Shown here: positions 23,706 to 37,319 of the stretch, piece by piece
Numbering within the stretch: the stretch's first letter is position 1
Layout: each line of letters starts with the position of its first letter
Assembly (NCBI GenBank): GCA_963844035.1
Contig: CAWJMT010000003.1
Location: 1-64,000, forward strand
From: an uncultured Gemmatimonadales bacterium
GTDB taxonomy: Bacteria; Gemmatimonadota; Gemmatimonadetes; Gemmatimonadales; GWC2-71-9
Direction of reading: 5' to 3'
Length of the DNA stretch: 64,000 nt
The notes under the pieces: generated by a model
Told to the model about the DNA's origin: nothing
Databases searched by the model: none
What the model saw: only the letters and a program-made list of their open reading frames with translations
Program-made: the position numbers and the translations under genes

Positions 23706-24298
23706 GTCTTCAGGCCCTTCCACACGACGCCCCGGATGTCGCGAGACCGCTCTTCGGCGAACGCTTGTGCGGCCTGAAGGTGGCCCTCGTAGTCCTTCCG
23801 CCACGCCACCGGCATGTTGGCGCGGAAGTACCCGGCGGTCATGATCTCTCCCGACGGCGCGGCTGCCGCGCCGTGACCCACCTCGACCACGTCGCCCAGG
23901 AAGCAGGTCGAGCTGCCGGTATCCATCGCGTTGACGACGCGGCACTCGAAGTGCGCAAAGCACTGGTCCAGCACCGGCGCGCCGAGCCGCCCCATGCGAT
24001 GAGGTACGTCGGCGAGCTTGTCCTTGGTGCGCCCGCTCACGAACCCCAGTCGGTGAATCAGCTCGAACTGATCCTGGCGGAGCAGGTGCATCACCAGCCG
24101 ACCCGTCTCATAGATCATGTCGTGGCTGAAGTTGAACTTGTGGACGTACACCGAGACCCGTGGAATGGTGGGGACGATCGAAGCGCGGATGGCGCTGTCG
24201 GAGATCATGCCGTTCCGCTTCCCGGCGTGCTCGCTCGTGATCGCCACCACGGGCGACGTGAGGTTACGGAGTAGCTGATAGGTGTCGTCTGGGCGCAT
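23702..24298 (-). CDS. Flavin reductase-like (FlaRed/DIM6/NTAB) protein
   Basis: VVAITSEHAGKRNGM, FGFVSG-like LGFVSGRTKDK, GAPVL, FECRV, GDVV. Confidence 0.88.
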   Translation of the reverse strand: MRPDDTYQLLRNLTSPVVAITSEHAGKRNGMISDSAIRASIVPTIPRVSVYVHKFNFSHDMIYETGRLVMHLLRQDQFELIHRLGFVSGRTKDKLADVPHRMGRLGAPVLDQCFAHFECRVVNAMDTGSSTCFLGDVVEVGHGAAAAPSGEIMTAGYFRANMPVAWRKDYEGHLQAAQAFAEERSRDIRGVVWKGLKT

Positions 24299-24304
24299 GT
24301 GTTA

Positions 24305-24310
24305 ATTATA
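24305..24310 (-). promoter_or_regulatory. Perfect -10 box (TATAAT) 6 nt upstream of the flavin reductase ATG; likely leaderless
   Basis: Minus strand reads ACCA-TATAAT-TAACAC-ATG in a 16-bp divergent gap. Confidence 0.65.
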
Positions 24311-24314
24311 TGGT

Positions 24315-25673
24315 ATGCCTCTCCTGTTGGATCGCTTCCGTGAGCATGTGGCGCGCGCACGCCTGTTCCCCCAGCCCGGGGGAGCGATCGTTGCCGTGTC
24401 CGGCGGCGGGGATTCGGTGGTGCTGCTCGACCTGATGCGAGAGGTCGCGGCAGAGTGGGGGCTGAGCCTCACGGTTGCGCACGCGGACCACGGGATACAG
24501 GCGGGCAGTCGGGCAGTGGCGCAGGTGGTCAGTGATCTTGCCCAGGGGTATGAGTTGCCATTTGAGCTGGGTGAGCTTGCACTCGGCCCCGATGCTTCGG
24601 AGACCGTGGCGCGGCGGGCCCGGTATCGCTGGTTGCGGGACGTGCAGCAGCGCCGCAGCGCCCGCTATCTCGTGACCGCCCATCACCAGGACGACCAGGT
24701 GGAAACGGTGCTGCTGCGCGCGCTGCGCGGCAGCGGCCTGGCGGGTCTCGCCGGGATTCCCGCGCGGGGTCGCGGCGGGCTGGTGCGCCCGCTGCTTCCC
24801 TTTGCCAAGTCGGACCTCGCCGCGTACGCAGCCGCGCGGGGACTCCCCGCGCACGACGACCCCGCGAATCGCGACCCGCGGCACGCGCGCTCCTGGGTGC
24901 GCACCGAGCTGCTGCCGCTGCTGAGCGCGCGCTTCGGCGCCGGCGTCGCGGCGGACGTACTGCGGCTGGGTCGTCACGCCGCATGGGACCGGCGCGCGTG
25001 GGATCGCGCGCTGGAACTCGTTCCCGAGCTGTTACTTCAGGTCCGAGCCGGTGGTTTTGACGTTGCTCGGGGAGCGCTCGCCCGCTATGATCCGGCGTTG
25101 GCCGCTGCGTTGCTCGGAGCGGCCGCCCGGCAGGCGGGGTTGGTGCTTGGCCCGCGTCGCGCGCGGCGGATGGTGGCCTTCGCCGCCAAGCCGTCGGGCC
25201 GCCGGATGCAGCTGCCGGGCGGGTGGACGGCGGAGACGGCGTTCGAGCTGCTGCGGGTATTCCGCGAGGTGGCCCCCGCACCGGAAGCGGTGATCGGGAC
25301 CGGTGATCACGGGCAGGCCGTGTTCGGCGAGTTCGTGGTGAGATGGGAAGTCGCGCCGGCGCCGCATACGCTCGAACGCGCGGGCTGGACCACCTGGATC
25401 GGCGCCGCCGGCTGGGAGCTTCGTTCGTATCACGCGGGTGACCGCCTGGTGCCGCTGGGCGGCGTGGGGCACCGGCCGGTGCGCCGCCTGCTGATGGAAG
25501 CACAGGTGCCGCGCGGCGAGCGGGGCCGGTACCCCGTGGTCGCACGCGGCGAAACGATTCTCTGGATTCCCGGGATCTGCCGGAGCGCGGCCGACCTCCC
25601 GTCGCCGGGAACCCCGGCGGTTCGGCTCGATGTTACCGAGTGCCGACAGCCTGAAACAAACCGGCGGGCGTAG
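24315..25673 (+). CDS. tilS: tRNA(Ile)-lysidine synthetase
   Basis: VAVSGGGDS, HADHG, ARRARY, TAHHQDDQVET, RPLL, DPAN, C-terminal domain. Confidence 0.95.
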   Translation: MPLLLDRFREHVARARLFPQPGGAIVAVSGGGDSVVLLDLMREVAAEWGLSLTVAHADHGIQAGSRAVAQVVSDLAQGYELPFELGELALGPDASETVARRARYRWLRDVQQRRSARYLVTAHHQDDQVETVLLRALRGSGLAGLAGIPARGRGGLVRPLLPFAKSDLAAYAAARGLPAHDDPANRDPRHARSWVRTELLPLLSARFGAGVAADVLRLGRHAAWDRRAWDRALELVPELLLQVRAGGFDVARGALARYDPALAAALLGAAARQAGLVLGPRRARRMVAFAAKPSGRRMQLPGGWTAETAFELLRVFREVAPAPEAVIGTGDHGQAVFGEFVVRWEVAPAPHTLERAGWTTWIGAAGWELRSYHAGDRLVPLGGVGHRPVRRLLMEAQVPRGERGRYPVVARGETILWIPGICRSAADLPSPGTPAVRLDVTECRQPETNRRA

Positions 25674-26184
25674 CCTCGCGGGGATCGTGTTCGATGAGCA
25701 GGCGATCGCCGCGCGGGTGCGCGCGTTGGGGCGCGAGATCACGGCGCAGTACCCGGATGGCGACCTGTTGGTGGTGGGCCTTCTCAAGGGCAGCTTCATT
25801 TTCCTGAGCGACCTGGTGCGGCGGATCGAGCGGCCGCTGCAGGTCGATTTTCTGGTCGCCGCGAGCTACGGCGCCGAGACGACTTCCAGGGGAACCGTGC
25901 ACCTGCTGTACGATCCGGAAACCGAGTTGGCGGGTAAACACATCCTGCTGGTCGAGGATATCGTCGAGACGGGGAGCACGCTCAACCGGTTGGTGACGCT
26001 GCTGCGGGAGCGGCGTCCGAGGAGTCTCAACGTGTGTGCACTGCTGCGACAAGCGCATGGCCGAACGGATGGAGCTGGAACCGGCGTTCGTCGGGTTCGA
26101 CGCCCCCCGGAGCTTTCTGGTGGGGTACGGTCTCGACCACGCCGAGAACTTCCGGCACCTTCCTTATATTGCGAGTCTGACGTA

Positions 26185-26185
<1 letters not shown>
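25630..26185 (+). CDS. hpt: Hypoxanthine phosphoribosyltransferase (frameshifts near 26047 and 26110)
   Basis: LLKGSFIFLSDL, LLVEDIVETGSTL, VGYGLDHAENFRHLPYI. Confidence 0.92.
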
Positions 26186-28182
<1,997 letters not shown>

Positions 28183-28186
<4 letters not shown>

Positions 28187-29356
28187 CCGTCACCGCGCTC
28201 GCCGCCCACACCCCTGAGGCGGTGCGCGCGGCGCTGGCGGCCCGCGGGTGGGAGCCACATCCCGCGTGGCTCGCCGCTTCCGGGCGTCCAGTTTCTCCTC
28301 CTGCTGCTCGAGCACATCTCCGAAGACGAACGCGAAGCGCTCGTGCGCTGGAGCGCACGCAGCCGGTACCGATGTCTCGACCGGGGACGGGTGGGCGTGG
28401 TGGGCGGAGCCGCGAGCCGGCTCGCGCCGCTCGCGCGTCCCGACCGCGTGCCGGAGGGGCTGAGCGGCTTGAGCGCCGGTCTGGCGCGTTTCCTCGTCGG
28501 CGTATGCGGAGCCGCCGCGCGCCTGGGCGATTGCCGGCGGCGAGATCGCGCTCGACCGACCCGTGCTCATCGGCATTCTCAACGTGACACCGGATTCGTT
28601 TTCGCGACGGTGGGCGCTTCACCGGCCTCGACGCCGCGGTGGCGCAGGCCGAACGCTTGAAGGCCGATGGCTGCCACCTGATCGACGTGGGCGGCGAGTC
28701 AACCCGTCCGGGCGCGCATTGGTGCCCGATGACGGTGGAGCGCGAGCGCGTTGTGCCGGTGGTGCGAGCAGCTGGTGCGGCGCGGTCTCGGTCCGGTCTC
28801 GGTAGATACGCGCAAGAGCGCGGTGGCACGCGCGGCGATCGCCGCCGGTGCGGCGGTGGTCAACGACGTGTCGGCCGGCGCGTTCGATGCCGCCATGCTG
28901 CAGGTGGCGGCCCGGGCGGGCGTGGGCATGATCTTGATGCACATGCGCGGCACGCCCGGCACGATGGATGCGATGGCGACGTACCGGCACGTGGCCGCTG
29001 AAGTGGCCGCGGAGCTGCGCACGGCGGCCGAGCGCGCGGAGGCGGCGGGCATCGGCACGAGCGCGGATCGTGCTCGACCCGGGGTTCGGGTTCGCCAAGA
29101 CGTCCGCGCAGAATTTCCGGCTGCTCGACGAACTGGCGGCGGTCGTGGGGTTGGGCTATCCTGTAGCGGTCGGCCCGTCGCGCAAGCGGTTTCTCGGGAC
29201 AGGCCACCGGCCGGCCGGTGGAGGACCGCGACCGCGCGACGGCCGTGAGTTGCGCCCTCGCCTGGGAGCGGGGCGCGCGTCTCTTCCGGGTCCACGACGT
29301 CGCCCTCGCGCGGGAGGCGCTCGAGCATCGCCCGCGCGACAACGAACCCAACGTGA
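28183..29356 (+). CDS. folP: Dihydropteroate synthase with N-terminal extension (multiple indels)
   Basis: GILNVTPDSFS, IDVGGESTRPG, SVDT.K, NDVSA, MHMRG, LDPGFGFAK, SRKRF, RVHDV. Confidence 0.92.
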
Positions 29357-30154
29357 GCTTCGAATCCTACCGATTTCTCATCCCGCGGCTCTGGCCGGAC
29401 GTCGTCGAGATCCTGCTCGTCGCGTTCGTGATCTACCGCTTTCTCCTGTTCCTCGTGGGGACGCGGGCGATGCAGATCGTGGTCGGCGTGATGATCCTTT
29501 CGGTCGCCTACTTCGCCGCGCTGGTCGCCAAGTTCCAGATGATCAGTTTCCTGCTGAGCGTCGTGTTCACGTACGGCGCGTTCGCGGCGGTGGTCGTGTT
29601 CCAGCCGGAGCTGCGCAACGCCCTCGCGCGGCTGGGCCAGTCGCGCCTGATGCGCCGCTTCTCCGCAGGGCGATCGCCAGTCGGTGGCGGAAGAAATCGC
29701 CGAGGCGATGGACCGGCTGTCGCGCGCCGGAACCGGCGCGATCATCGCGGTCGAGGGGGACATCGGACTCGAGGAGTTCATCTCGTCGGGCGTTCCCATG
29801 GAGGCGAAGGTGTCCGCCGACCTCCTGACCACCATCTTCACGCCGTACTCGCCGCTGCACGACGGCGCCGTGCTGATCCGCGGCGACCACATCATCGGGG
29901 CGGGCTGCGTCCTGCCGCTCACGCAGTTCAAGGTGACCGACAAGTCGCTCGGCACGCGGCACCGCGCGGCGCTGGGCCTCTCGGAGGAGACGGACGCGAC
30001 CGTGCTCGTCGTCTCCGAGGAGACCTCCACGATCTCCGTCGCGAGTCATGGGCTCCTGCACCGCCAGCTCACTCCGCAGCAAGTCCGCGATCTCCTGTCC
30101 GGGGTGATCTCGCACCTCGAAGGCGGCGAGCGGCTTATCGCCGCGCCGGGCTGA
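29353..30154 (+). CDS. cdaA: Diadenylate cyclase CdaA (indel near 29670)
   Basis: Three TM helices, VFQPELRNAL, PLHDGA, GTRHRAALG, VSEET. Confidence 0.92.
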
Positions 30155-30168
30155 CCGCTCGCCGAGCA

Positions 30169-30197
30169 TTGTTTCACCGCGGGCGGCGGGGTAAGTT
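30169..30197 (+). promoter_or_regulatory. Putative sigma70 promoter for the yggS operon
   Basis: TTGTTT-N17-TAAGTT, 9 nt before ATG 30207; no SD. Confidence 0.45.
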
Positions 30198-30206
30198 CTT
30201 CCGCTT

Positions 30207-30896
30207 ATGGATTTTCGGGCGCTGCCCGAGCGGCTGGCGCAGGTGCGAGCGGAGATCGTGCGGCGGCAGGCCGCCGGGGGGTGGACGCACCCGGTAACGC
30301 TCGTGGCCGTGACCAAAGGGTTCGGACTCGACGCTGTCGCCGCCGCGCTGGCCGCCGGCCTGACCGACCTGGGCGAGAACCGGGTCCAGGAGGCGATCGA
30401 GAAGATCGACGCGTCCGCAGGCCGCGGCGCACGGTGGCACATGATCGGCCACCTGCAGCGCAACAAGGCGCGGTACATCCCGGGCCGGTTCGTGCTGGTG
30501 CATTCGGTCGATTCCGAGCCGCTGGCCGCGGAGTTGGAGCGCCGCGCCGCCGAGCAGGACGTGAAGGTGCGCGTGCTCGTGCAGGTGAATGTGGCGGGGG
30601 AAGCGCAGAAGAGCGGCTGCGACCCGGCGGAGGCACCGGGGCTCGCACGGGCAATCGCCGGCCAGCCGCACCTCGCACTCGAGGGCCTCATGACGGTGGC
30701 GCCGCTCACCGAGGACGACGAGGTCCAGCGCCGCACGTTTCGCGCGTTGCGCCTGCTGCGCGACGCTCTGCAGGGGGAGGGACTATGGCTGCCGGTACTT
30801 TCGATGGGGATGTCCGGCGATTACGGCCTGGCGGTCGAGGAGGGAGCGACGATGCTCCGCCTCGGTACCGCACTGTTCGGGTCGAGGACGGCGTAA
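30207..30896 (+). CDS. yggS: PLP homeostasis protein YggS/PLPBP
   Basis: [41 protein letters not shown]. Confidence 0.96.
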   Translation: MDFRALPERLAQVRAEIVRRQAAGGWTHPVTLVAVTKGFGLDAVAAALAAGLTDLGENRVQEAIEKIDASAGRGARWHMIGHLQRNKARYIPGRFVLVHSVDSEPLAAELERRAAEQDVKVRVLVQVNVAGEAQKSGCDPAEAPGLARAIAGQPHLALEGLMTVAPLTEDDEVQRRTFRALRLLRDALQGEGLWLPVLSMGMSGDYGLAVEEGATMLRLGTALFGSRTA

Positions 30897-31365
30897 GCGA
30901 TGAAGCGTTCCACCTGACACCGCTCGACATCCGCAAGCAGGAGTTCCGCAAGACGCTGCGCGGCTTCGAGCCGGTGGGCGTCGAAGAGTTCCGCACGCGC
31001 GTGGCGGACGAGCTGGAGCGCATCCTGCGCGACCGGGCGGTGCTCGAGGAGCGCCTGGTGGCGTTGTCGGAGCAGCTGGCGGTGTTTCGCGAGCGCGAGC
31101 GCGCCATGAACGACGCGCTGGTCGCGGCGCAGCAGCTGCGCGATGAGACGCGGGCGGCGGCGACGCGGGAGGCGCAGCTGATCGTGCGCGAGGCGCAGGG
31201 CGAGGCGCGGCGGATCGTGGACGAGGCGCGCGCGGCGGAAGCCGGCGTACGGCGCCAGCTGGCCGAGGCCGAGCGGCAGTTTCAAGCCTACCTGGCGATT
31301 TCCGTGGCCTGCTCGAGCGGCAGCTCGCCGAGCTCAAGGTTCTGGGCGGGCAGCGCGAGGGATGA
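30893..31365 (+). CDS. divIVA: DivIVA domain protein (start reads GTA; indel near 31295)
   Basis: [18 protein letters not shown] followed by long coiled coil. Confidence 0.85.
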
Positions 31366-32167
31366 TCGCGGAGGCGGTCCGCGCCGTGCAGGCGCGGATG
31401 GCGCTCGCGCCCGACGTCGCGGTCATTCTCGGTACCGGGTTGGGCGGCCTCGCGGACGAGATGCAGGTCGCGACCCGCATCCCCTATGCGGACATTCCCG
31501 GGTTTCCTCCCGCGACCGTGGAGACCCACGCCGGCCGGCTGCTGCTCGGGACCCTGGCGGGCCGCCGGTCGTGGCGATGCAGGGGCGGTTCCACCGCTAC
31601 GAAGGCTACTCCCTCCAGCAGATCGCTTTCCCGGTCCGCGTGCTGCACGGGCTGGGCGCGCGGCTCCTGGTCGTCTCGAACGCCTGCGGCGGGATGCATC
31701 CGTTGTGGAGCCCGGGCGACCTGATGCTGATCGCCGACCACATCAATCTGCTGGGCGACAATCCGCTGGTCGGTCCGAACGACGACCGCCTGGGCCCGCG
31801 TTTCCCCGACATGTCGGAGCCCTACGACGCCCAGCTCCGGGCGCTCGCGCGCGCGGTCGCGCTGGAGCAGGGCATCCCGCTGCGCGAGGGCGTGTACGTC
31901 GCGGTGCCCGGCCCCAACCTCGAGACCCGTGCCGAGTATCGGATGCTGCGCGCGCTGGGCGCGGACGTGGTGGGCATGAGCACCGTGCCCGAGGTCATCG
32001 CGGCGGTGCACGCCGGGATGCGGGTGCTCGGCGTGTCGATCATCACCGACCACTGTCTGCCCGACGCGCTCGAGCCGGCGACGGTGGAGCGGATCATCGC
32101 CGTGGCCCAGGCCGCCGAGCCGAAGCTCACGGCGCTGATTCGCGGCGTGCTCGAACGGCTGAAGCTG
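31362..32167 (+). CDS. punA: Purine-nucleoside phosphorylase (indel near 31565; end approximate)
   Basis: [38 protein letters not shown]. Confidence 0.92.
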
Positions 32168-35100
32168 ATGGCCGTTCCCGCCGCTCGACGCCAAGCTGTC
32201 GCGCCGACGCGCTGGAGAAGCAGCTGCTCGCCCCCTGGAAGGCCGAGGACCTGTTCGAGAGCAGCACGGAAGCCGCGCGCACGGACGCGCCGTTCGTCTT
32301 CTACGAGGGCCCGCCCACCGCCAACGGCCGGCCCGGCATCCACCACGTCTTCGCGCGCACGATCAAGGACCTCGTCTGCCGCTTCCAGGTGATGCACGGC
32401 CAGGCGGTGACGCGCATCGCGGGCTGGGACACGCACGGGCTGCCGGTCGAGATCGAGGTCGAGAAGCAGCTCGGCATCAGCGGCAAGAAGACAGATCGAG
32501 GCGTACGGCGTCGAGGCGTTCAACCGCCTGTGCCGCGAGAGCGTGTGGACGTACAAGGCGGAGTGGGAGGCGCTCTCGGACCGCATCGGCTACTGGCTCG
32601 ACTACGAGCATCCGTACGTCACCTACACGAACGACTACGTCGAGACGGTGTGGTGGCTGCTGCAGCGCCTGCACGACAAGGGGCTGCTGTACCGGGGCCA
32701 CAAGGTGCTGCCGTACTGCCCGCGCTGCGGCACCGCGCTCTCGAGCTCCACGAGCTGGCGCTGGGCTACGACACCGCGCAGGACCCCTCGGTCTACGTGA
32801 CTCTTCCCGCTGGTGGAGCGACGCCCGCCGCCAGCTTGATCTGGACCACCACGCCGTGGACGCTGGTGTCGAACTTCGCCGTGGCGGTGCACCCCGACCT
32901 CGAGTACGGCGAGTACGAGGTGGACGGCACCGCGCTACGTCATCGCCGCCGCGCGCGCCGGGCACGTGCGCGTCGGGCGGACACTCGCTCGCCGAGGGCA
33001 CGCGGGTGCGCGCGTACCCGGGCCGGGATCTCGTCGGCCAGCGCTACCGCCGGCCGCTCGACGTGGTCCCGCAGCCCGGGAGGGCGAGCGCGGCGTGGTA
33101 GTCGGGGCCGCGTTCGTGACGGCGGAGGACGGCACGGGGCTCGTGCACATGGCGCCGCGTTCGGCGCCGACGACTACGCTCGCGGCAGCACGTACGGGCT
33201 CGCCTTCGTGAACCCGGTGGGCGTCGACGGCACGTTCCACGGACACCACGTGGGCGCGAGATCGAGGGCAGTGGTCACCGACAAGGAGACGAACCGGCGA
33301 TCATCGAGCGCCTCAAGGAGCGACGGCCGCTGGCTGCGAGACGCGCCCGCACACGCACACCTATCCGTTCTGCTGGCGCTGCGACACGCCGCTGATCTAC
33401 TACGCGCGCGCCTCGTGGTTCGTCCGCACCACGGCGATCAAGGCGCGGCTGCTCGAGGTCAACCGGCAGGTCGGATGGCACCCGCCGGAGATCGGGAGCG
33501 GGCCGGTTCGGCGAGTGGCTCGAGAACAACGTGGACTGGGCGCTGTCGCGCGACCGCTTCTGGGGCACGCCGCTCCCGGTGTGGGTGTGCGACCGGGAAA
33601 TCGAGCATCGCGAGGTGATCGGCTCCTACGCCGAGCTCGCCGAGCGGTGGGGGCAGCCGCTGCCGGCGGATTTCGATCCGCACAAGCCGTACATCGACGG
33701 CTACACGTGGGCGTGCCGGCAGTGCGGCGGCACGATGCGTCGGGTCCCCGAGGTGATCGACGCCTGGTTCGACTCGGGCGCGATGCCGTTCGCCCAGTGG
33801 CACTACCCGTTCGAGCACCAGGCGGAGTTCCAGGCGCACTTCCCGGCCGACTTCATCTGCGAGGGCGTGGACCAGACGCGCGGGTGGTTCTACTCGCTGC
33901 TGGCGATCGGCGTCGCGGTGTTCGACGAGCCGGCGTACCGCCACGTGGTCGTGAACGAGCTGGTGCTCGACGCGCAGGGCCAGAAGATGTCCAAGAGCCG
34001 CGGCAACGTGGTCAATCCATGGACGGTGATCGAGGAGTACGGGGCCGACGCGGTGCGGCTGTATCTCCTGGGCCAGAGCCAGGTGTGGCTGCCCAAGCGG
34101 TTCGACGCGCTGCAGATCCCCAGGGTCGTGGGCGGGTTTCTCAACACGCTGCGGAACACGTACGACTTCTTCGCCCGCTACGCCGAGGAGTGGCAGCCGG
34201 GCGGCGCGCGGTCCCGCCGCTCGCCGAGCGCCCCCTGGCCGACCGCTGGCTGCTGGCGCGCCTCGACGAGGTGACCACGACGGTGCGGGAGGCCTGGAAC
34301 GGGTACGACGTCACGGCCGGCGTGCGGGCGATTCTCGACTTCGTGGAGGACGACCTGTCCAACTGGTACGTGCGGGCCAATCGCGCCCGGTTCTGGGCGC
34401 CCGACCGCGCGGCCGACGAGGCGGCGCTCGCGACGCTGCACGAGGCGCTCGTGACCGTCGGCGCGGCTGCTCGCGCCGGCGGCGCCGTTCCTCGCGGACT
34501 GGCTGCACCGGGCGCTGACGGGAACCTCGGTGCACCTGGCGCCGTTCCCGGCCGACCAAGGACGCCGGGAGCCGGAGCTGGTGGCCGCGATGGACGCGGT
34601 GCGCAAGCTCGCGTCGCTGGCGCGGGCGGCGCGCGAGACCCGGGGGTCTGAGCGTGCGGCAGCCGCGTCGCCACGCTCCAGGTGGCCGTCCCGGCCGCGG
34701 TGAAGGGCAGGGCCTTTGCAGACCTGTTAGATATCCTCGCCGCCGAAGTCAATGTCAAGGGGATCGAGGTGGCGGGGTCGGACCACGAGCTGGTGCGCCT
34801 CAAGGGCAAGGCGTAGTTTCGCACTCTCGGGAAGCGGTACGGCAAGGAGACGCCCCGCGCAGCCGCGGCCGTCGCGCAGCTGACCCCGGAGCAGCTGCCA
34901 GGCGCTGGAAGGCGGCGCGCTCGCGCAGGTTGGCGAGTTCGAGTTTCGACCCGAGGACGTGACCGTGACGCGCGAGGTGGTGAGCGACTGGGCGGTGCAG
35001 GCCGACGGGCCGTACGTGGCGGCCGTCGATCCCCGGTTGACGGTGGATCTGAGACAGGAAGGGCTGGCGCGCGAGGTGGTGAACCGCGTCCAGCGACTGC

Positions 35101-35338
35101 GCAAGGATGCGGGCTACGACTTCGCGACGCGCATTGAGCTGAGCGTCGCCGGTTCGGACGAGGTCGTCGCCGCGATCGCGGCGTTCCAAAGTTTCGTCGA
35201 AGGCGAGACGCTGGCGCGCAAGACGGTGCTCGGCGGCGTGCTGGAGGAAGCCGACCTGACGCGGGAACTGGACATCGAAGGTCGCTCCGTGACCTCGCGG
35301 TGCGACGCCACGACGGACGAAAGGGCGGAACCCGATAA
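32168..35338 (+). CDS. ileS: Isoleucyl-tRNA synthetase, type 2 (multiple indels)
   Basis: [77 protein letters not shown]. Confidence 0.95.
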
Positions 35339-35790
35339 TGCCGACGAAATCCTCCAAGCCCAGACCCAAGAGCAAGGGCAAGAGCAAGGCCAAGGGGAAG
35401 GGCATGAACAAGAAGCAGCTGGCGCACTTCGAGAAGCGGCTGCTGGAGGAGCGCGCCCGGGTCATGAAGGAGCTCGGGCCATTACGACGAGCGCTTCAAC
35501 GCGACGCTGCAGGCCTCCGACGGCGACCTGTCGTGCTACTCCTTCCACATGGCCGACCAGGGGACCGACGCCATGGAGCGCGAGAAGGCGTTCCTGTTGG
35601 CGTCGAAGGAGGGGCGGTACCTCTGGCACGTGAACCAGGCGCTGCGCCGGCTGTACCGCAATCCCGGCGAAGTTCGGCAAGTGCGAGCACTGCGGCGAGG
35701 ACATCAGCTTCGAGCGGCTCGACGCGCTGCCCCACGCGCGGCTGTGCATCAACTGCAAGGCGAAAGAGGAGAGATGGCAAGCGCCGCTGA
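35338..35790 (+). CDS. DksA/TraR C4 zinc-finger protein (indels)
   Basis: Lys-rich N-terminus, HMADQGTDAMERE, C-EH-C...ERLDALP.ARL-C-IN-C. Confidence 0.88.
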   Translation: MPTKSSKPRPKSKGKSKAKGKGMNKKQLAHFEKRLLEERARVMKELGPLRRALQRDAAGLRRRPVVLLLPHGRPGDRRHGAREGVPVGVEGGAVPLAREPGAAPAVPQSRRSSASASTAARTSASSGSTRCPTRGCASTARRKRRDGKRR

Positions 35791-36296
35791 GTCGCCGGCT
35801 GTTCTGGGGGACGGCGGCGCGATCGTCGTCGCGGACATCGTCACCAAGCTGCGTCGCCGAGTCGCGTGCTGTCCCGCCGCCTGCCGGTCTCGGTGATCGG
35901 CGATTTCGTGCAGCTGCGCCTCGTGTACAACCCAGGCGCGGCGTTCGGGCTGTGCCTCGGGGCGATACTCGCGCTGGATCTTCTTCGCCCTGGCGATCGT
36001 CGCGCTCGTGGTGCTCGGCATCGATGGTGCGGGCGGCACCGCGGGGCGATCGCGCTGCGCTTGTACGCGCTCGCCGCTGGTCTGTGCCGGCGCCGTCGGC
36101 AACCTGATCGACCGGCTGCGCAGCCCGCGGCGTCGTGGACTTCCTGGACGTCGGCGTCGGCGTCCGTGCGCTGGCCCACGTTCAACGTCGCCGACACGGC
36201 CGTCACGGTGCGGCGCGATCGCCCTCGCGCTGTCGCTCTGGCTCGAAGGTCGAGCCCAGGACCGCGCGACGGAGGCTCGGGCGGCCGACGCCGTGA
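35774..36296 (+). CDS. lspA: Lipoprotein signal peptidase II (indels)
   Basis: DIVTK, VYNPGAAFG, GAVGNLIDR, VVDF, WPTFNVAD. Confidence 0.9.
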
Positions 36297-37319
36297 ACGA
36301 CGACGGCGGTCACGCTTCTCCGTCGCCGTCGCCGCAGACCGAACGCCTCGACCGCTTCCTCGCCGACCAGCTGTCCGCTCTCCCGCACCGTCGCCGCCCG
36401 CCTCATCGCCGACAGGCGCGTTTCCGCCGATGGGCGCCCGCTGCGCGCGTCCGTGCAGCTGCCGCGCGCCACCGTCGTTCGGTGTCGTTCCCTCCCGACG
36501 GCAGCACCCCGCACGTACGCCCCGGCGCATCGCGATCTCACGTTCGTGTACGAGGACGACGACCTGGCGGTGGTCGACAAGCCGGCCGGACTCGTCGTGC
36601 ATCCGGCGCCGGGGCACTGGGACGACACGCTCGTGAACGCGCTGACGCACGCGCGGCACTGCGCTGTCTCCGGGCGGCGGAGGCCGGACGCCCCGGGATC
36701 GTGCACCGGCTCGACAAGGACACCTCCGGGCTGCTGGTGGTCGCCAAGACCGATGAAGGCGCACCGGCGCCTGGCCCGCGCGATCGAGCAGCGGCGGGTG
36801 GAGCGGCGCTACGCGGCCCTCGCGTGGGGACATTCGGCGAACGACCGGGTGACGATCGACGCGCCGATCACGCGCAGTCCCGCCGACCGCAAGCGGATGG
36901 CGGTGAAGGCAGGCGGGCGCCATGCGGTCACCGTACGCGGAGGTCGTGGCCCGGTACGCCCATGTCGATCTGCTGCGCCTGCGGCTCGAGACCGGCCGCA
37001 CGCACCAGATCCGCGTGCACCTCAGTCCAGTCGGCCACCCGGTGGTGGGCGACCCGGAGTACGCGCTGGGCGGCAGCCGCCGGGTGACGCCGTCGATGCG
37101 CCGGGCGGCCGAGCGCATCGAGGAGCTCGCGCCGCGGCAGGCTGCTGCATGCCGCGGCGCTCACCTTCGAGCATCCGGTGACCGGCGCGCGCCTCGCGCT
37201 GCGGTCGGAATGGCCCGAGGACCTGCTGCCGGCGCTGGCCGAAGCGGCCGACAGATCCCAATTTGCTTGCTCAACGCAACCCCTTGCAGTATCTTGGCTT
37301 CTTCGCTTCGGATGAGTGA
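36293..37319 (+). CDS. rluD: RluA-family 23S rRNA pseudouridine synthase (indels)
   Basis: RLDRFLA S4 domain, [39 protein letters not shown]. Confidence 0.9.
37267..37295 (+). promoter_or_regulatory. Putative sigma70 promoter for the che/mgl operon, embedded in the rluD 3' end
   Basis: TTGCTC-N17-TATCTT in a locally AT-richer patch, 16 nt before cheW ATG. Confidence 0.45.

Noticed and set aside
17107..24298. Intact prophage, ICE or defence island at tRNA-Met
   Set aside because: No integrase, phage, conjugation or recognisable defence genes; at most an att remnant.
30281..32392. 703-aa DivIVA-PNP fusion ORF in the ORF track (likewise hpt-ftsH 25630..26601 and cheD-cheB 51198..52892)
   Set aside because: Artefacts of indels joining frames of adjacent genes; each gene has its own start/stop overlap.
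35368..35403. AAGAGC/AAGGGC repeats as a DNA repeat element
   Set aside because: Explained by the low-complexity Lys-x N-terminus of the DksA-like protein.
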